This document shows positions 1 through 15,031 of a stretch of 64,000 nucleotides of DNA, in pieces (position 1 is the first letter of the stretch; each line of letters begins with the position of its first letter). The translations under genes and the position numbers were made by a program. This DNA comes from Eledone cirrhosa (Eukaryota). The notes below the pieces were generated by a model that saw only the letters and a list, made by a program, of their open reading frames with translations, ran no database searches and was not told the origin of the DNA. The stretch lies in assembly GCA_964016885.1 (NCBI GenBank), contig OZ024759.1:4960001-5024000 (forward strand). Reading direction: 5' to 3'.

Positions 1-20
1 GAAATAGAACTACAAAAGAG

Positions 21-3000
21 CACACACGTGTCTGACAGGTGCTACCTTATAACCAGGACCACACCATCTACTGTAACACACCTGTCTGATAGGTGATACC
101 TTATAACCAGGACCACACCATCTACTGTAACACACCTGTCTGACAGGTGCTACCTTATAACCAGGACCACACCATCTACTGTAACACACCTGTCTGATAG
201 ATGATACCTTATAACCAGGACCACACCATCTACTGGAACACACCTGTCTGACAGGTGCTACCTTATAACCAGGACCACACCATCTACTGTAACACACCTG
301 TCTGATAGATGATACCTTATAACCAGGACCACACCATCTACTGTAACACACATGTCTGACAGGTGCTACCTTATAACCAGGACCACATCATCTACTGTAA
401 CACACCTGTCTGATAGATGATACCTTATAAACAGGACCACACCATCTACTGTAACACACCTGTCTGACAGGTGCTACCTTATAACCAGGATCACACCATC
501 TACTGTAACACACCTGTCTGACAGGTGCTACCATATAACCAGTAGCACACCATCTACTGGAACACACGTGTCTGACAGGTGCTACCTTATAACCAGGACC
601 ACACCATCTACTGTAACACACCTGTCTGACAGGTGCTACCTTATAACCAGGACCAGACCTTCTACTGTAACACACCTGTCTGACAGGTGCTACCTTATAA
701 CCAGGACCACACCATCTACTGTAACACACCTGTCTGACAGGTGCTACCTTATAACCAGGACCACACCATCTACTGTATCACACATGTCTGATAGCTGCTA
801 CCTTATAACCAGGACCACACCATCTACTGTAACACACCTGTCTGACAGCTGCTACCATATAACCAGGACCACACCATCTACTGTAACACACCTGTCTGAT
901 AGATGATACCTTATAACCAGGACCACACCATCTACTGTAACACACCTGTCTGACAGGTGCTACCTTATAACCAGGACCACACCTTCTACTGTAACACACC
1001 TGTCTGACAGGTGCTACCTTATAACCAGGACCACACCATCTACTGTAACACACCTATCTGACAGGTGCTACCTTATAACCAGGACCACACCTTCTACTGT
1101 AACACACCTGTCTGACAGGTGCTACCTTATAACCAGGACCACACCATCTTCTGTAACACACCTGTCTGACAGCTGCTACCATATAACCAGGACCACACCA
1201 TCTACTGTAACACACCTGTCTGATAGCTCCTACCTTATAACCAGGACCACACTATCTACTGTAACACACTTGTCTGACAGGTGCTACCTTATAACCAGGA
1301 CCACACCATCTACTGTAACACACCTGTCTGATAGATGATACCTTATAACCAGGACCACACCATCTACTGGAACACACCTGTCTGACAGGTGCTACCTTAT
1401 AACCAGGACCACACCATCTACTGTAACACACCTGTCTGATAGATGATACCTTATAACCAGGACCACACCATCTACTGTAACACACATGTCTGACAGGTGC
1501 TACCTTATAACCAGGACCACATCATCTACTGTAACACACCTGTCTGATAGATGATACCTTATAAACAGGACCACACCATCTACTGTAACACACCTGTCTG
1601 ACAGGTGCTACCATATAACCAGGATCACACCATCTACTGTAACACACCTGTCTGACAGCTGCTACCATATAACCAGTACCACACCATCTACTGGAACACA
1701 CGTGTCTGACAGGTGCTACCTTATAACCAGGACCACACCATCTACTGTAACACACCTGTCTGACAGCTGCTACCTTATAACCAGGACCACACCATCTACT
1801 GGAACACACCTGTCTGACAGGTGCTACCTTATAACCAGGACCACACCATCTACTGTAACACACCTGTCTGATAGATGATACCTTATAACCAGGACCACAC
1901 CATCTACTGGAACACACCTGTCTGACAGGTGCTACCTTATAACCAGGACCACACCATCTACTGTAACACACCTGTCTGATAGATGATACCTTATAACCAG
2001 GACCACACCATCTACTGTAACACACATGCCTGATAGCTGCTACCATATAACCAGGACCACACCATCTACTGTAACACACCTGTCTGATAGATGATACCTT
2101 ATAACCAGGACCACACCATCTACTGTAACACACCTGTCTGACAGGTGCTACCTTATAACCAGGACCACACCATCTACTGTAACACACCTGTCTGACAGGT
2201 GCTACCTTATAACCAGGACCACACCATCTACTGTAACACACCTGTCTGACAGGTGCTACCTTATAACCAGGACCACACCATCTGCTGTAACACACATGTC
2301 TGATAGCTGCTACCTTATAACCAGGACCACACCATCTACTGTAACACATCTGTCTGACAGCTGCTACCATATAACCAGGACCACACCATCTACTGTAACA
2401 CACCTGTCTGACAGGTGCTACCTTATAACCAGGACCACACCTTCTACTGTAACACACCTGTCTGACAGGTGCTACCTTATAACCAGGACCACACCATCTA
2501 CTGTAACACACCTATCTGACAGGTGCTACCTTATAACCAGGACCACACCTTCTACTGTAACACACCTGTCTGACAGGTGCTACCTTATAACCAGGACCAC
2601 ACCATCTTCTGTAACACACCTGTCTGACAGCTGCTACCATATAACCAGGACCACACCATCTACTGTAACACACCTGTCTGATAGCTCCTACCTTATAACC
2701 AGGACCACACTATCTACTGTAACACACTTGTCTGACAGGTGCTACCTTATAACCAGGACCACACCATCTACTGTAACACACCTGTCTGATAGATGATACC
2801 TTATAACCAGGACCACACCATCTACTGGAACACACCTGTCTGACAGGTGCTACCTTATAACCAGGACCACACCATCTACTGTAACACACCTGTCTGATAG
2901 ATGATACCTTATAACCAGGACCACACCATCTACTGGAACACACCTGTCTGACAGGTGCTACCTTATAACCAGGACCACACCATCTACTGTAACACACCTG

Positions 3001-6000
3001 TCTGATAGATGATACCTTATAACCAGGACCACACCATCTACTGTAACACACATGTCTGACAGGTGCTACCTTATAACCAGGACCACATCATCTACTGTAA
3101 CACACCTGTCTGATAGATGATACCTTATAAACAGGACCACACCATCTACTGTAACACACCTGTCTGACAGGTGCTACCTTATAACCAGGATCACACCATC
3201 TACTGTAACACACCTGTCTGACAGCTGCTACCATGTAACCAGTACCACACCATCTACTGGAACACACGTGTCTGACAGGTGCTACCTTATAACCAGGACC
3301 ACACCATCTACTGTAACACACCTGTCTGACAGCTGCTACCTTATAACCAGGACCACACCATCTACTGGAACACACCTGTCTGACAGGTGCTACCTTATAA
3401 CCAGGACCACACCATCTACTGTAACACACCTGTCTGATAGATGATACCTTATAACCAGGATCACACCATCTACTGTAACACACCTGTCTGACAGGTGCTA
3501 CCATATAACCAGTAGCACACCATCTACTGGAACACACGTGTCTGACAGGTGCTACCTTATAACCAGGACCACACCATCTACTGTAACACACCTGTCTGAC
3601 AGGTGCTACCTTATAACCAGGACCAGACCTTCTACTGTAACACACCTGTCTGACAGGTGCTACCTTATAACCAGGACCACACCATCTACTGTAACACACC
3701 TGTCTGACAGGTGCTACCTTATAACCAGGACCACACCATCTACTGTATCACACATGTCTGATAGCTGCTACCTTATAACCAGGACCACACCATCTACTGT
3801 AACACACCTGTCTGACAGCTGCTACCATATAACCAGGACCACACCATCTACTGTAACACACCTGTCTGATAGATGATACCTTATAACCAGGACCACACCA
3901 TCTACTGTAACACACCTGTCTGACAGGTGCTACCTTATAACCAGGACCACACCTTCTACTGTAACACACCTGTCTGACAGGTGCTACCTTATAACCAGGA
4001 CCACACCATCTACTGTAACACACCTATCTGACAGGTGCTACCTTATAACCAGGACCACACCTTCTACTGTAACACACCTGTCTGACAGGTGCTACCTTAT
4101 AACCAGGACCACACCATCTTCTGTAACACACCTGTCTGACAGCTGCTACCATATAACCAGGACCACACCATCTACTGTAACACACCTGTCTGATAGCTCC
4201 TACCTTATAACCAGGACCACACTATCTACTGTAACACACTTGTCTGACAGGTGCTACCTTATAACCAGGACCACACCATCTACTGTAACACACCTGTCTG
4301 ATAGATGATACCTTATAACCAGGACCACACCATCTACTGGAACACACCTGTCTGACAGGTGCTACCTTATAACCAGGACCACACCATCTACTGTAACACA
4401 CCTGTCTGATAGATGATACCTTATAACCAGGACCACACCATCTACTGTAACACACATGTCTGACAGGTGCTACCTTATAACCAGGACCACATCATCTACT
4501 GTAACACACCTGTCTGATAGATGATACCTTATAAACAGGACCACACCATCTACTGTAACACACCTGTCTGACAGGTGCTACCATATAACCAGGATCACAC
4601 CATCTACTGTAACACACCTGTCTGACAGCTGCTACCATATAACCAGTACCACACCATCTACTGGAACACACGTGTCTGACAGGTGCTACCTTATAACCAG
4701 GACCACACCATCTACTGTAACACACCTGTCTGACAGCTGCTACCTTATAACCAGGACCACACCATCTACTGGAACACACCTGTCTGACAGGTGCTACCTT
4801 ATAACCAGGACCACACCATCTACTGTAACACACCTGTCTGATAGATGATACCTTATAACCAGGACCACACCATCTACTGGAACACACCTGTCTGACAGGT
4901 GCTACCTTATAACCAGGACCACACCATCTACTGTAACACACCTGTCTGATAGATGATACCTTATAACCAGGACCACACCATCTACTGTAACACACATGTC
5001 TGATAGCTGCTACCATATAACCAGGACCACACCATCTACTGTAACACACCTGTCTGATAGATGATACCTTATAACCAGGACCACACCATCTACTGTAACA
5101 CACCTGTCTGACAGGTGCTACCTTATAACCAGGACCACACCATCTACTGTAACACACCTGTCTGACAGGTGCTACCTTATAACCAGGACCACACCATCTA
5201 CTGTAACACACCTGTCTGACAGGTGCTACCTTATAACCAGGACCACACCATCTGCTGTAACACACATGTCTGATAGCTGCTACCTTATAACCAGGACCAC
5301 ACCATCTACTGTAACACACCTGTCTGACAGCTGCTACCATATAACCAGGACCACACCATCTACTGTAACACACCTGTCTGACAGGTGCTACCTTATAACC
5401 AGGACCACACCTTCTACTGTAACACACCTGTCTGACAGGTGCTACCTTATAACCAGGACCACACCATCTACTGTAACACACCTATCTGACAGGTGCTACC
5501 TTATAACCAGGACCACACCTTCTACTGTAACACACCTGTCTGACAGGTGCTACCTTATAACCAGGACCACACCATCTTCTGTAACACACCTGTCTGACAG
5601 CTGCTACCATATAACCAGGACCACACCATCTACTGTAACACACCTGTCTGATAGCTCCTACCTTATAACCAGGACCACACTATCTACTGTAACACACTTG
5701 TCTGACAGGTGCTACCTTATAACCAGGACCACACCATCTACTGTAACACACCTGTCTGATAGATGATACCTTATAACCAGGACCACACCATCTACTGGAA
5801 CACACCTGTCTGACAGGTGCTACCTTATAACCAGGACCACACCATCTACTGTAACACACCTGTCTGATAGATGATACCTTATAACCAGGACCACACCATC
5901 TACTGGAACACACCTGTCTGACAGGTGCTACCTTATAACCAGGACCACACCATCTACTGTAACACACCTGTCTGATAGATGATACCTTATAACCAGGACC

Positions 6001-9000
6001 ACACCATCTACTGTAACACACATGTCTGACAGGTGCTACCTTATAACCAGGACCACATCATCTACTGTAACACACCTGTCTGATAGATGATACCTTATAA
6101 ACAGGACCACACCATCTACTGTAACACACCTGTCTGACAGGTGCTACCTTATAACCAGGATCACACCATCTACTGTAACACACCTGTCTGACAGCTGCTA
6201 CCATGTAACCAGTACCACACCATCTACTGGAACACACGTGTCTGACAGGTGCTACCTTATAACCAGGACCACACCATCTACTGTAACACACCTGTCTGAC
6301 AGCTGCTACCTTATAACCAGGACCACACCATCTACTGGAACACACCTGTCTGACAGGTGCTACCTTATAACCAGGACCACACCATCTACTGTAACACACC
6401 TGTCTGATAGATGATACCTTATAACCAGGACCACACCATCTACTGGAAGACACCTGTCTGACAGGTGCTACCTTATAACCAGGACCACACCATCTACTGT
6501 AACACACCTGTCTGATAGATGATACCTTATAACCAGGACCACACCATCTACTGTAACACACATGTCTGATAGCTGCTGCCATATAACCAGGACCACACCA
6601 TCTACTGTAACACACCTGTCTGATAGATGATACCTTATAACCAGGACCGCACCATCTACTGTAACACACCTGTCTGACAGGTGCTACCTTATAACCAGGA
6701 CCACACCATCTACTGTAACACACCTGTCTGACAGGTGCTACCTTATAACCAGGACCACACCTGTCTGACAGGTGCTACCTTATAACCAGGACCACACCAT
6801 CTACTGTAACACACCTGTCTGACAGGTGCTACCTTATAACCAGGACCACACCTTCTACTGTAACACACCTGTCTGACAGGTGCTACCTTATAACCAGGAC
6901 CACACCATCTACTGTAACACACCTGTCTGACAGGTGCTACCTTATAACCAGGACCACACCATCTACTGTAACACACATGTCTGATAGCTGCTACCTTATA
7001 ACCAGGACCACACCATCTACTGTAACACACCTGTCTGACAGCTGCTACCATATAACCAGGACCACACCATCTACTGTAACACACCTGTCTGATAGATGAT
7101 ACCTTATAACCAGGACCACACCATCTACTGTAACACACCTGTCTGACAGGTGCTACCTTATAACCAGGACCACACCTTCTACTGTAACACACCTGTCTGA
7201 CAGGTGCTACCTTATAACCAGGACCACACCATCTACTGTAACACACCTATCTGACAGGTGCTACCTTATAACCAGGACCACACCTTCTACTGTAACACAC
7301 CTGTCTGACAGGTGCTACCTTATAACCAGGACCACACCATCTTCTGTAACACACCTGTCTGACAGCTGCTACCATATAACCAGGACCACACCATCTACTG
7401 TAACACACCTGTCTGATAGCTCCTACCTTATAACCAGGACCACACTATCTACTGTAACACACTTGTCTGACAGGTGCTACCTTATAACCAGGACCACACC
7501 ATCTACTGTAACACACCTGTCTGATAGATGATACCTTATAACCAGGACCACACCATCTACTGGAACACACCTGTCTGACAGGTGCTACCTTATAACCAGG
7601 ACCACACCATCTACTGTAACACACCTGTCTGATAGATGATACCTTATAACCAGGACCACACCATCTACTGTAACACACATGTCTGACAGGTGCTACCTTA
7701 TAACCAGGACCACATCATCTACTGTAACACACCTGTCTGATAGATGATACCTTATAAACAGGACCACACCATCTACTGTAACACACCTGTCTGACAGGTG
7801 CTACCTTATAACCAGGATCACACCATCTACTGTAACACACCTGTCTGACAGCTGCTACCATATAACCAGTACCACACCATCTACTGGAACACACGTGTCT
7901 GACAGGTGCTACCTTATAACCAGGACCACACCATCTACTGTAACACACCTGTCTGACAGCTGCTACCTTATAACCAGGACCACACCATCTACTGGAACAC
8001 ACCTGTCTGACAGGTGCTACCTTATAACCAGGACCACACCATCTACTGTAACACACCTGTCTGATAGATGATACCTTATAACCAGGACCATACCATCTAC
8101 TGGAACACACCTGTCTGACAGGTGCTACCTTATAACCAGGACCACACCATCTACTGTAACACACCTGTCTGATAGATGATACCTTATAACCAGGACCACA
8201 CCATCTACTGTAACACACATGTCTGATAGCTGCTACCATATAACCAGGACCACACCATCTACTGTAACACACCTGTCTGATAGATGATACCTTATAACCA
8301 GGACCACACCATCTACTGTAACACACCTGTCTGACAGCTCCTACCTTATAACCAGGACCACACTATCTACTGTAACACACTTGTCTGATAGCTGCTACCT
8401 TATAACCAGGACCACACCATCTACTGTAACACACCTGTCTGACAGGTGATACCTTATAACCAGGACCACACCATCTACTGTAACACACCTGTCTGACAGC
8501 TGCTACCTTATAACCAGGACCACACCATCTACTGTAACACACCTGTCTGACAGCTGCTACCTTATAATCAGGACCACACCATCTACTGTAACACACCTGT
8601 CTGACAGGTGCTACCTTATAACCAGGACCACACCATCTACTGTAACACACCTGTCTGACAGGTGCTAACTTATAACCAGGACCACACCATCTACTGTAAC
8701 ACACTTATCTGACAGGTGCTACCTATTAACCAGGACCACACCATCTACTGTAACACACCTGTCTGACAGGTGCTACCTTATAACCAGGACCACACCATCT
8801 ACTGTAACACACCTGTCTGATAGACGATACCTTATAACCAGGACCACACCATCTACTGTAACACACCTGTCTGACAGGTGCTACCTTATAACCAGGACCA
8901 CACCATCTACTGTAACACACCTGTCTGACAGCTGCTACCTTATAACGAGGACCACACCATCTACTGTAACACACCTCTCTGACAGGTGCTACCATATAAC

Positions 9001-12000
9001 CAGGACCACACCATCTACTGTAACACACCTGTCTGATAGATGATAACTTATAACCAGGACCACACCATCTACTGTAACACACCTGTCTGATAGATGATAC
9101 CTTATAACCAGGACCACACCATCTACTGTAACACACCTGTCTGATAGATGATACCTTATAACCAGGACCACACCATCTACTGTAACACACCTGTCTGACA
9201 GGTGCTACCTTATAACCAGGACCACACCATCTACTGTAACACACCTGTCTGACAGGTGCTACCTTATAACCAGGACCACACCATCTACTGTAACACACCT
9301 GTCTGACAGGTGCTACCTTATAACCAGGACCACACCATCTGCTGTAACACACATGTCTGATAGCTGCTACCTTATAACCAGGACCACACCATCTACTGTA
9401 ACACACCTGTCTGACAGCTGCTACCATATAACCAGGACCACACCATCTACTGTAACACACCTGTCTGACAGGTGCTACCTTATAACCAGGACCACACCTT
9501 CTACTGTAACACACCTGTCTGACAGGTGCTACCTTATAACCAGGACCACACCATCTACTGTAACACACCTATCTGACAGGTGCTACCTTATAACCAGGAC
9601 CACACCTTCTACTGTAACACACCTGTCTGACAGGTGCTACCTTATAACCAGGACCACACCATCTTCTGTAACACACCTGTCTGACAGCTGCTACCATATA
9701 ACCAGGACCACACCATCTACTGTAACACACCTGTCTGATAGCTCCTACCTTATAACCAGGACCACACTATCTACTGTAACACACTTGTCTGACAGGTGCT
9801 ACCTTATAACCAGGACCACACCATCTACTGTAACACACCTGTCTGATAGATGATACCTTATAACCAGGACCACACCATCTACTGGAACACACCTGTCTGA
9901 CAGGTGCTACCTTATAACCAGGACCACACCATCTACTGTAACACACCTGTCTGATAGATGATACCTTATAACCAGGACCACACCATCTACTGGAACACAC
10001 CTGTCTGACAGGTGCTACCTTATAACCAGGACCACACCATCTACTGTAACACACCTGTCTGATAGATGATACCTTATAACCAGGACCACACCATCTACTG
10101 TAACACACATGTCTGACAGGTGCTACCTTATAACCAGGACCACATCATCTACTGTAACACACCTGTCTGATAGATGATACCTTATAAACAGGACCACACC
10201 ATCTACTGTAACACACCTGTCTGACAGGTGCTACCTTATAACCAGGATCACACCATCTACTGTAACACACCTGTCTGACAGCTGCTACCATGTAACCAGT
10301 ACCACACCATCTACTGGAACACACGTGTCTGACAGGTGCTACCTTATAACCAGGACCACACCATCTACTGTAACACACCTGTCTGACAGCTGCTACCTTA
10401 TAACCAGGACCACACCATCTACTGGAACACACCTGTCTGACAGGTGCTACCTTATAACCAGGACCACACCATCTACTGTAACACACCTGTCTGATAGATG
10501 ATACCTTATAACCAGGACCACACCATCTACTGGAAGACACCTGTCTGACAGGTGCTACCTTATAACCAGGACCACACCATCTACTGTAACACACCTGTCT
10601 GATAGATGATACCTTATAACCAGGACCACACCATCTACTGTAACACACATGTCTGATAGCTGCTGCCATATAACCAGGACCACACCATCTACTGTAACAC
10701 ACCTGTCTGATAGATGATACCTTATAACCAGGACCGCACCATCTACTGTAACACACCTGTCTGACAGGTGCTACCTTATAACCAGGACCACACCATCTAC
10801 TGTAACACACCTGTCTGACAGGTGCTACCTTATAACCAGGACCACACCTGTCTGACAGGTGCTACCTTATAACCAGGACCACACCATCTACTGTAACACA
10901 CCTGTCTGACAGGTGCTACCTTATAACCAGGACCACACCTTCTACTGTAACACACCTGTCTGACAGGTGCTACCTTATAACCAGGACCACACCATCTACT
11001 GTAACACACCTGTCTGACAGGTGCTACCTTATAACCAGGACCACACCATCTACTGTAACACACATGTCTGATAGCTGCTACCTTATAACCAGGACCACAC
11101 CATCTACTGTAACACACCTGTCTGACAGCTGCTACCATATAACCAGGACCACACCATCTACTGTAACACACCTGTCTGATAGATGATACCTTATAACCAG
11201 GACCACACCATCTACTGTAACACACCTGTCTGACAGGTGCTACCTTATAACCAGGACCACACCTTCTACTGTAACACACCTGTCTGACAGGTGCTACCTT
11301 ATAACCAGGACCACACCATCTACTGTAACACACCTATCTGACAGGTGCTACCTTATAACCAGGACCACACCTTCTACTGTAACACACCTGTCTGACAGGT
11401 GCTACCTTATAACCAGGACCACACCATCTTCTGTAACACACCTGTCTGACAGCTGCTACCATATAACCAGGACCACACCATCTACTGTAACACACCTGTC
11501 TGATAGCTCCTACCTTATAACCAGGACCACACTATCTACTGTAACACACTTGTCTGACAGGTGCTACCTTATAACCAGGACCACACCATCTACTGTAACA
11601 CACCTGTCTGATAGATGATACCTTATAACCAGGACCACACCATCTACTGGAACACACCTGTCTGACAGGTGCTACCTTATAACCAGGACCACACCATCTA
11701 CTGTAACACACCTGTCTGATAGATGATACCTTATAACCAGGACCACACCATCTACTGTAACACACATGTCTGACAGGTGCTACCTTATAACCAGGACCAC
11801 ATCATCTACTGTAACACACCTGTCTGATAGATGATACCTTATAAACAGGACCACACCATCTACTGTAACACACCTGTCTGACAGGTGCTACCTTATAACC
11901 AGGATCACACCATCTACTGTAACACACCTGTCTGACAGCTGCTACCATATAACCAGTACCACACCATCTACTGGAACACACGTGTCTGACAGGTGCTACC

Positions 12001-13925
12001 TTATAACCAGGACCACACCATCTACTGTAACACACCTGTCTGACAGCTGCTACCTTATAACCAGGACCACACCATCTACTGGAACACACCTGTCTGACAG
12101 GTGCTACCTTATAACCAGGACCACACCATCTACTGTAACACACCTGTCTGATAGATGATACCTTATAACCAGGACCATACCATCTACTGGAACACACCTG
12201 TCTGACAGGTGCTACCTTATAACCAGGACCACACCATCTACTGTAACACACCTGTCTGATAGATGATACCTTATAACCAGGACCACACCATCTACTGTAA
12301 CACACATGTCTGATAGCTGCTACCATATAACCAGGACCACACCATCTACTGTAACACACCTGTCTGATAGATGATACCTTATAACCAGGACCACACCATC
12401 TACTGTAACACACCTGTCTGACAGCTCCTACCTTATAACCAGGACCACACTATCTACTGTAACACACTTGTCTGATAGCTGCTACCTTATAACCAGGACC
12501 ACACCATCTACTGTAACACACCTGTCTGACAGGTGATACCTTATAACCAGGACCACACCATCTACTGTAACACACCTGTCTGACAGCTGCTACCTTATAA
12601 CCAGGACCACACCATCTACTGTAACACACCTGTCTGACAGCTGCTACCTTATAATCAGGACCACACCATCTACTGTAACACACCTGTCTGACAGGTGCTA
12701 CCTTATAACCAGGACCACACCATCTACTGTAACACACCTGTCTGACAGGTGCTAACTTATAACCAGGACCACACCATCTACTGTAACACACTTATCTGAC
12801 AGGTGCTACCTATTAACCAGGACCACACCATCTACTGTAACACACCTGTCTGACAGGTGCTACCTTATAACCAGGACCACACCATCTACTGTAACACACC
12901 TGTCTGATAGACGATACCTTATAACCAGGACCACACCATCTACTGTAACACACCTGTCTGACAGGTGCTACCTTATAACCAGGACCACACCATCTACTGT
13001 AACACACCTGTCTGACAGCTGCTACCTTATAACGAGGACCACACCATCTACTGTAACACACCTCTCTGACAGGTGCTACCATATAACCAGGACCACACCA
13101 TCTACTGTAACACACCTGTCTGATAGATGATAACTTATAACCAGGACCACACCATCTACTGTAACACACCTGTCTGATAGATGATACCTTATAACCAGGA
13201 CCACACCATCTACTGTAACACACCTGTCTGACAGGTGCTACCTTATAACCAGGACCACACCATCTACTGTAACACACCTGTCTGATAGATGATACCTTAT
13301 AACCAGGACCACACCATCTACTGTAACACACCTGTCTGATAGATGATACCTTATAACCAGGACCACACCATCTACTGTAACACACCTGTCTGATAGATGA
13401 TACCCTATAACCAGGACCACACCATCTACTGTAACACACCTGTCTGACAGGTGCTACCTTATAACCAGGACCACACCATCTACTGTAACACACCTGTCTG
13501 ATAGATGATACCTTATAACCAGGACCACACCATCTACTGGAACACACCTGTCTCACAGGTGCTACCTTATAACCAGGACCACACCATCTACTGTAACACA
13601 CCTGTCTGACAGGTGCTACCTTATAACCAGGACCACACCATCTACTGTAACACACCTGTCTGACAGGTGCTACCTTATAACCAGGATCACACCATCTACT
13701 GTAACACACCTGTCTGACAGGTGCTACCTTATAACCAGGACCACACCATCTACTGTAACACACCTGTCTGATAGATGATACCTTATAACCAGGACCACAC
13801 CATCTACTGTAACACACCTGTCTGACAGGTGCTACCTTATAACCAGGACCACACCATCTACTGTAACATACCTGTCTGATAGATGATACCTTATAACCAG
13901 GAACACACCTTCCACTGGAACACAC
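21..13925. repeat. 54-bp minisatellite array (~257 units), derived from the EGF exon
   Basis: Unit ACACACCTGTCTGACAGGTGCTACCTTATAACCAGGACCACACCATCTACTGTA repeats continuously. Variant patterns recur at 2970-bp and 4087-bp offsets. 17-bp deletions occur at ~6757 and ~10844. Confidence 0.98.
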
Positions 13926-13990
13926 ACCTGTCTCTGTCTTACACCTACTATCATCTTGACTAAATATATTAAGTAACAAACAAAGCTTAC

Positions 13991-14128
13991 CTGTCTGACA
14001 GTTGCTACTTTCATAACCAGCAGTACATCCTCCTCTAGAACACACACCTGTCTGTTTGTTACATTTACTGTTGTCAGCACAGTAACATGTGTTGCTACAG
14101 TTGGCTCCAAATTTTCCATTTCTACAGA
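13991..14128 (-). CDS. Laminin-type EGF exon (138 bp, phase 1/1) of MEGF/CED-1/SCARF-like EGF+FTP receptor gene
   Basis: Acceptor ttccacag, donor GTAAGC. Encodes VCRNGKFGANCSNTCYCADNSKCNKQTGVCSRGGCTAGYESSNCQT, an 8-Cys EGF-laminin pattern. Confidence 0.9.
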
Positions 14129-14389
14129 CTGTGGAAATAAAAATATGAGAACAATAACAATAACAACAACATATAACACTATACAAGATAATGCTTCTGA
14201 TTTAGGCACAAGGCCAGCAATTTTAGGGGAGGAGAAAATCAATTAAATCGACCCCAGTGTGTGACTGGTACTTCATTTTATCAACCCTGTTGGGATGAAA
14301 GGGATAGCTACCACAATTCTATCATCTATATTATAGCGTTGTCATCTATACTATATCTATATCATCTGTACTATATTTGTATCATCTTA

Positions 14390-14862
14390 ATTTCCATGTT
14401 TCTAACACCCATGTATATGCCTACAAAGTCAGAAAACAGCACAGCTCCCATGACTTTCGGAAACATTTTTTCAAGCTCAGAGTTGCTGAAGCATGGAACA
14501 AACTACCTGCATCAGTTGTTAGCTGTCGAGACACATCCTTTACAACCGCCATGGAACAAACTAATTGCATCAGTTGTTAGCTGTCGAGACACTACATCCT
14601 TTAAAACCTCCATGGAACAAACTACCTGCATCAGTTGTTAGCTGTCGAGACACTACATCCTTTAAAACCTCTATGCTTCCTGAGATTCGTCAACACTGCA
14701 CCTGATGTCCCCCCTTCCATACACACGCACACATGTATTTCATGACTCTAACACTGTTCCTTTTCCTGACATTTAAACATTATTCTATGTACTATACATG
14801 CACCTTTGATGAGTTGTAGTGCACCTGAGCACTGTACACAATAATTTCATTATTATATTATT
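14390..14862 (+). mobile_element. CR1-clade LINE 3' fragment
   Basis: Translates as ..RKHFFKLRVAEAWNKLPASVVSCRDTTSFKT, a CR1 RT C-terminal motif. Has an internal ~60-bp triplication and an (ATT)n tail. Confidence 0.7.
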
Positions 14863-15031
14863 TTATACTCCAGTGGTATGACCTAAACTATATATAATCC
14901 ATACTATATCTATACAATCTATATGATTTCCGTAACATCGATATTATGTCTATATACTTGCCGATTCTCTACACTCCATACCAATGTTATACTATATATT
15001 CATGAGGCTATGATATCCCCTTTATATTGTA

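Noticed and set aside
10-12791. Many Cys-rich MCYSRWCGPGY and Thr-rich MSDRCYLITRT ORFs as independent genes
   Set aside because: They are by-products of a 54-bp (multiple of 3) unit. The starts are GTG/CTG-type artefacts and the stops come from variant units.
21-13925. CRISPR-like array (regular repeats with an internal palindrome)
   Set aside because: Units are contiguous with no unique spacers, there are no cas genes, and the context is a eukaryotic intron.
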